DNA of 64,000 nt from a phage, in NCBI GenBank assembly GCA_014685065.1, contig GCA_014685065.1_4092.1. One strand, 5' to 3'. The notes below the pieces were generated by a model. That model worked only from the letters and a program-made list of their open reading frames with translations. It was not told the origin of the DNA and made no database searches. This document shows, one piece after another, positions 60,701 through 64,000 of this stretch (positions within the stretch are counted from its first letter, which is position 1; every line of letters begins with the position of its first letter). The position numbers were made by a program, and so were the translations under genes.

Positions 60701-63700
60701 AATCTGCGTAAAGCATATCATTGAGTTCAACTGTACTGTTTTCACGACCAATCGCTTTCCAATAAATTGAATCGCGTGATTGTGATTTAATATACAATGT
60801 CCAAATGTTTTCACTATCGGTAACTCTGATAATATCGCCAACTTGGTAGTTTTTAGTATTAGCATCTTCTAAGCTTGACTCTTGAGTATAAGTCGTGTTA
60901 CTATCATACCCAACATCATACCAATCAGCATATGACCAGTACTGAGTCATGTCCAATGAAGTTCCCAGTGATTCAACATAATCAGATTGTTTAATCATTT
61001 TATGTTGACCCTCACCTTTGTTCTCTAACGTTATAGTAACAACACTACCCGCGTTTGCTGGACTATTCATTAACTGAATATATCCATTTTCGTCGAAGTG
61101 AATAAAATAAACAGCACTAGAAGTTAATGGATTTGGTAGATATCCACTAGTACTTAAAATAACAGCGTCATTTTCTTTAAATTTATCACTTTCAACTGCA
61201 ATAACTAATTCATTATTGTAAGACAATACACGGAAAGAAACTTCATTCGGATTAACTTCAGTGGTTTTAACATTAAACACATCTTCCATAACAACACTAT
61301 TAGTGGTTATGTTTTGTGACCTATAATAATTATTAGCACTTTCTACAAAGTTTCTACGAGCTTCTATAACATTTTGGAACCAAGTTTTGTTTGAACCTAA
61401 ACCGTTATCAACATCTGGATATAATAAATTAATCACAGAACCTGATTCAGTTGTTTCTTGACCAATTAGTGAGTTCCACATTGAATCCCAAATTAGTGGG
61501 TTAAAGTTATAGCTGTCACCTTCTTTACATAGTTGATACTGGTCATGTTTAACAACTTCAGTACTATCCATATAATAAGAAACAGTTAAAATACTGGTAT
61601 CATCATTCACTTTAAATTGCATATTACTAAGAATAAACGAGTTTTCATTGATTGGAGCGAACCAAGGAATGTTTAGCTGTGTTGGATCTTTAATAATACG
61701 AGCAATGTCAGTACATGATTTTGTTCTGGTATGTAGTGGTGGTACATAAATTGTATCACGTACCCAGAAATAGTATTTTGTCACATAACTATCAGTTGAA
61801 CTATCATATTCCAAAAATGTACTATAATTATCTTCAAGTGCAGTTCCACTTGGTAGATACATAGTATTATTTTTGTTTTTCTTAGCAACATCTTTACAGT
61901 ATTTGTCCCAGTTATATGGCTCAACTGGTGAACAAACCCACTCTAACACATCAATTGTACTATGTGGTAATAAACGACCCCAGTTGTAACGTTTGTATTC
62001 ATTGGTTGCATCAATGTCAACATTACCGTCTGCGTCATAAATTGCACGAGTATAATCCAAATAAAATGCAGTGCTAGTGTTCCACCATACTTGACCAACT
62101 TTATCAGCACCCCAAGCCTGGATTAACTCTCCATTACTATTATACTGTGCAGGATCAACTGGTGAAGTATATGTTACGTTTTGCATAGCCGCACCTGGAA
62201 TAACACCATTAATTGGGTCATAAACGTTTAGATATAGCTCAGTAATGTTAGTACGTTCATCATATGTCGTTGGACGATCAAATAAAGTACTTTGTGGTGC
62301 TTTAAAACTATATTTCTTGTCAATGTAAGCTTGACGTTCATCAGTACTGGCAAAACGTGATACATAACGATACAAACGTGGACGTGTATCTGGATCAGTA
62401 AATTCAATATCAATAGAAGTATCAAATGGAACTACCATAACTTTAGGATCAGAACCAGCAGTATAATATTGACTTTCTACTGTTAAAGTATCTGGCATAA
62501 AGTTAGTTTCATCAACAAAATAATAATAATCACCATCTTCAAGTGGTACATTATCAGTTAAAGTTACTTTACAAAATTGTTCAGCATACACATCGGTATT
62601 TTCAATAGGTGTTATAGAAACCATTTGCACATTAGTATCAACCAATTCAAAAATGTTCCACAAACCATTACCGTCTTTAAACATCCACACAGATTCAGGA
62701 TTTTCACCTTTACCATTAGTATAAGTTATGCGGTCATTATATGCAGTACTGAAATCTTTTGTTGTGTACGATACTTCATCCAATGTTACTGGACCAATAT
62801 CTGGAAGTTGGATATTTTCACTTCTTCCACTACGCATTGGGAATGAGAACTTACCATTTGGACGTGTAATCCAACGAGGATCTTTACCCTGCTCACCGAA
62901 GTATACAATATGATTACCATTACCATTTGAAGTTGCATTTACATCAAAAGAAACCATTTGAGGTTGTTGTTTAAATTGGTCATTGATTAGTTTAAATTGA
63001 AGGTTTTTCTTACCATCAATATTACCATATGTACCAATTTTAAATGCCCATTCTTGTAATGCTTTATATTCATCAGTGTCATATGATTTAGAAACACGAA
63101 GTACACGTTCTAAAACTTGGTTAGTACCTTTATCGTGAATGAATCCTTTATAGAAATCAACACGACTAACATCACTACTAATCATACGCTGTAGATAATC
63201 ACGAGATTGATAACCAATCAAATGGTTTGACAACTCTTGTAATTGTACATCACTTACTGGAGTTTCACTATCATAATAATGTTGGAAATCCGACACTAAT
63301 TTTTCAAATGATGGTAGTGTTCCAGCTTCCAAGATAATAAATCCAGGAGCTTGTAGGCGACCAGTCCATGAACCAGTAATATATCCATACATTTTAATTA
63401 GTTCTTGAATAGAACCATATGTTGGCTGATAAATGTAATCACCAAAAATAGTTTTATCATCAAAAATAACAGCATGTTCATATGAACACAAACTTAAACG
63501 AATCAATGCAATGCGTTTATTAGATTCTAAAGTTCTAACAGTGAAGATATTTCCAATACGAGAAGTTTCAATTTCATATTGGCGAATACCTTGGTTATTA
63601 TCATCAAGTAATGACCATACACCACCATTATTTTGCGTAATAGATTGTACTGAACCAAAGTCTGCCCCAAATTTAGCGTTTGCAGCACTTGGGGTACAAG

Positions 63701-64000
63701 AAATAAATTCACCAGTTACTAGAGAATTCTGACTCCAGATCACGAAATCTTTAGCAATAGTGTTCCAATCTTGTTGAGCACCACTATCATTTACATCTTC
63801 AAAAATCCAACCATGTTCTTTAAGATATTCACCATATCCACAAATAAAAGTATAAACTTCTTGGTAACTATTGAAAACTTTACCATATTCAATTGAAGCT
63901 TCAGACTTCCATTCATTATAATGAACAACATTACGGTTTTCCAATTTAAGAGTTACTTTTCTACCATTTTTTACGGGAAGTTTATATTTAAATTTAGCAC
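57735..64000 (-). CDS. giant virion-associated protein, 5-prime partial (>2088 aa, N-terminus beyond window)
   Basis: reading frame stays open to position 64000; track start is only an in-frame TTG. Confidence 0.6.
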   Translation of the reverse strand, partial: AKFKYKLPVKNGRKVTLKLENRNVVHYNEWKSEASIEYGKVFNSYQEVYTFICGYGEYLKEHGWIFEDVNDSGAQQDWNTIAKDFVIWSQNSLVTGEFISCTPSAANAKFGADFGSVQSITQNNGGVWSLLDDNNQGIRQYEIETSRIGNIFTVRTLESNKRIALIRLSLCSYEHAVIFDDKTIFGDYIYQPTYGSIQELIKMYGYITGSWTGRLQAPGFIILEAGTLPSFEKLVSDFQHYYDSETPVSDVQLQELSNHLIGYQSRDYLQRMISSDVSRVDFYKGFIHDKGTNQVLERVLRVSKSYDTDEYKALQEWAFKIGTYGNIDGKKNLQFKLINDQFKQQPQMVSFDVNATSNGNGNHIVYFGEQGKDPRWITRPNGKFSFPMRSGRSENIQLPDIGPVTLDEVSYTTKDFSTAYNDRITYTNGKGENPESVWMFKDGNGLWNIFELVDTNVQMVSITPIENTDVYAEQFCKVTLTDNVPLEDGDYYYFVDETNFMPDTLTVESQYYTAGSDPKVMVVPFDTSIDIEFTDPDTRPRLYRYVSRFASTDERQAYIDKKYSFKAPQSTLFDRPTTYDERTNITELYLNVYDPINGVIPGAAMQNVTYTSPVDPAQYNSNGELIQAWGADKVGQVWWNTSTAFYLDYTRAIYDADGNVDIDATNEYKRYNWGRLLPHSTIDVLEWVCSPVEPYNWDKYCKDVAKKNKNNTMYLPSGTALEDNYSTFLEYDSSTDSYVTKYYFWVRDTIYVPPLHTRTKSCTDIARIIKDPTQLNIPWFAPINENSFILSNMQFKVNDDTSILTVSYYMDSTEVVKHDQYQLCKEGDSYNFNPLIWDSMWNSLIGQETTESGSVINLLYPDVDNGLGSNKTWFQNVIEARRNFVESANNYYRSQNITTNSVVMEDVFNVKTTEVNPNEVSFRVLSYNNELVIAVESDKFKENDAVILSTSGYLPNPLTSSAVYFIHFDENGYIQLMNSPANAGSVVTITLENKGEGQHKMIKQSDYVESLGTSLDMTQYWSYADWYDVGYDSNTTYTQESSLEDANTKNYQVGDIIRVTDSENIWTLYIKSQSRDSIYWKAIGRENSTVELNDMLYADYSVHNDNGSLSNREINVRKALALLKNSFDLHQSEIVFDMVKYVHVEQSVVDWVFKTSYIYIVGLEQSLVQNYSNDNLINQIVEYFEEVKPYRTKIRSQIEQKTSDDDLIKGLCNDLDPNGYIFVDGSWVKTEKDIWDYEYAQFNEITQKWEQVGSLPSDFITPNRRFQEIDIIMHYDNIQCKPNADLASINELVSVNNKYQSNEKDAVSNYELQRYIYSFPEYSEETFDLLIAYQMQIYYPELDVTLGTAYGVNQWYKDHAEDLEATDEFTATLERVYKESTQNDMFTDLRQYVQYNTLANRLKLYKDISDEKIHDEVGCGFSGLTYNDNPSTRLPLGFSSSNDYNYGYFEISSELYQKYISLIKDKNPDASDYEVKVKLEVEYGVYVYRYDEVGGDTRFYTDAIHVLAGMRGLFDKDATDKYEKAEEILSKTPIDIYAITMIPRKYVYLNVNGVYQSIPDEQSIDDFMEDYFITNGEMIELAEINLDDLPLDQNNPMYSDYQYILDSITEAKYFNDMNAFDNLALESQTSSIKWEVKDDEVDPYIVDISDINPSGRDVGQIRFTVDGYGFDNVSLVQLRDNSRYQTEGMAIINPYKHTEAIVSIPSYAKIENDINKTTSKFDEKYFYRVRSINSLTEAEIVDNDLSDGDKVMIFTPDGEDFVRYQNHTWETILRVSNIKNNTTPILFTVRNTGKETIELIDESTGAVLRYDNITLAQQNEPVQPLALNIVRVRTFADPEFVKNGIKLYEQNRNYTIDVINYDVFYDTTLNGGKYNDGITPDDVDVWIISNEIFDVDGITIDNGYNLPITGAGVLSELARTKMTDSLEINVIEYDSSVIQPFRNNEGIWVYGYPMVDGMYIGVVGGTVTNITTISEENTTYVSQPKSISPYSIRNNVLSGSAANMNDIISIGYEKVEVRNANNLLRGVMYSAEHDFKLNTTYSFNGINLGNYDMLKRYTQNSYTIDLSVYTDSLQVSGNDIKNILLVK

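Overview
This window looks like virion-DNA from a large virulent contractile-tailed phage (myovirus, possibly jumbo-class) infecting a Gram-negative, probably enterobacterial, host; that host assignment is inference from a T4-like thymidylate synthase, an E. coli-like ClpA and sigma70-type promoters. All calls come from reading the sequence and the supplied ORF track; no database search was run and similarities to known proteins are recalled from memory. No rRNA, tRNA, CRISPR array, integrase or transposase was found. Layout: (1) 1-18.4 kb, plus-strand block of small early/middle-type genes punctuated by TTGACA/GGGACA-N16-TGnTATAAT promoters and hairpin/T-run terminators, including spanin-like pair, HNH endonuclease, LysM-lysozyme, HPF/RaiA-like ribosome hibernation factor, CCA-adding enzyme, a frameshifted NUDIX, glutaredoxin, macro domain, Pth2-like hydrolase, dNMP kinase and a ~650 nt promoter-driven non-coding region; (2) 18.4-35.3 kb, tail sheath, two paralogous tail tubes, acidic and unknown virion-type proteins, then an autonomously promoted MoxR-like AAA+ ATPase plus HExxH-vWA partner cassette, a SLOG-like protein and thymidylate synthase; (3) 35.3-64 kb, mainly minus-strand tail fibre/tailspike/baseplate genes (an 1841-aa repetitive fibre, a beta-helix tailspike, two receptor-binding proteins sharing an N-terminal anchor, a second NUDIX, a giant >2088-aa protein truncated at the window edge) interrupted by a plus-strand stand-alone clpA-like gene. 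Best candidates for an undescribed system: the MoxR/vWA-metallopeptidase cassette, the phage-borne ClpA, the translation/RNA-repair plus ADP-ribose gene cluster, and the structured non-coding locus at 3.0-3.7 kb.
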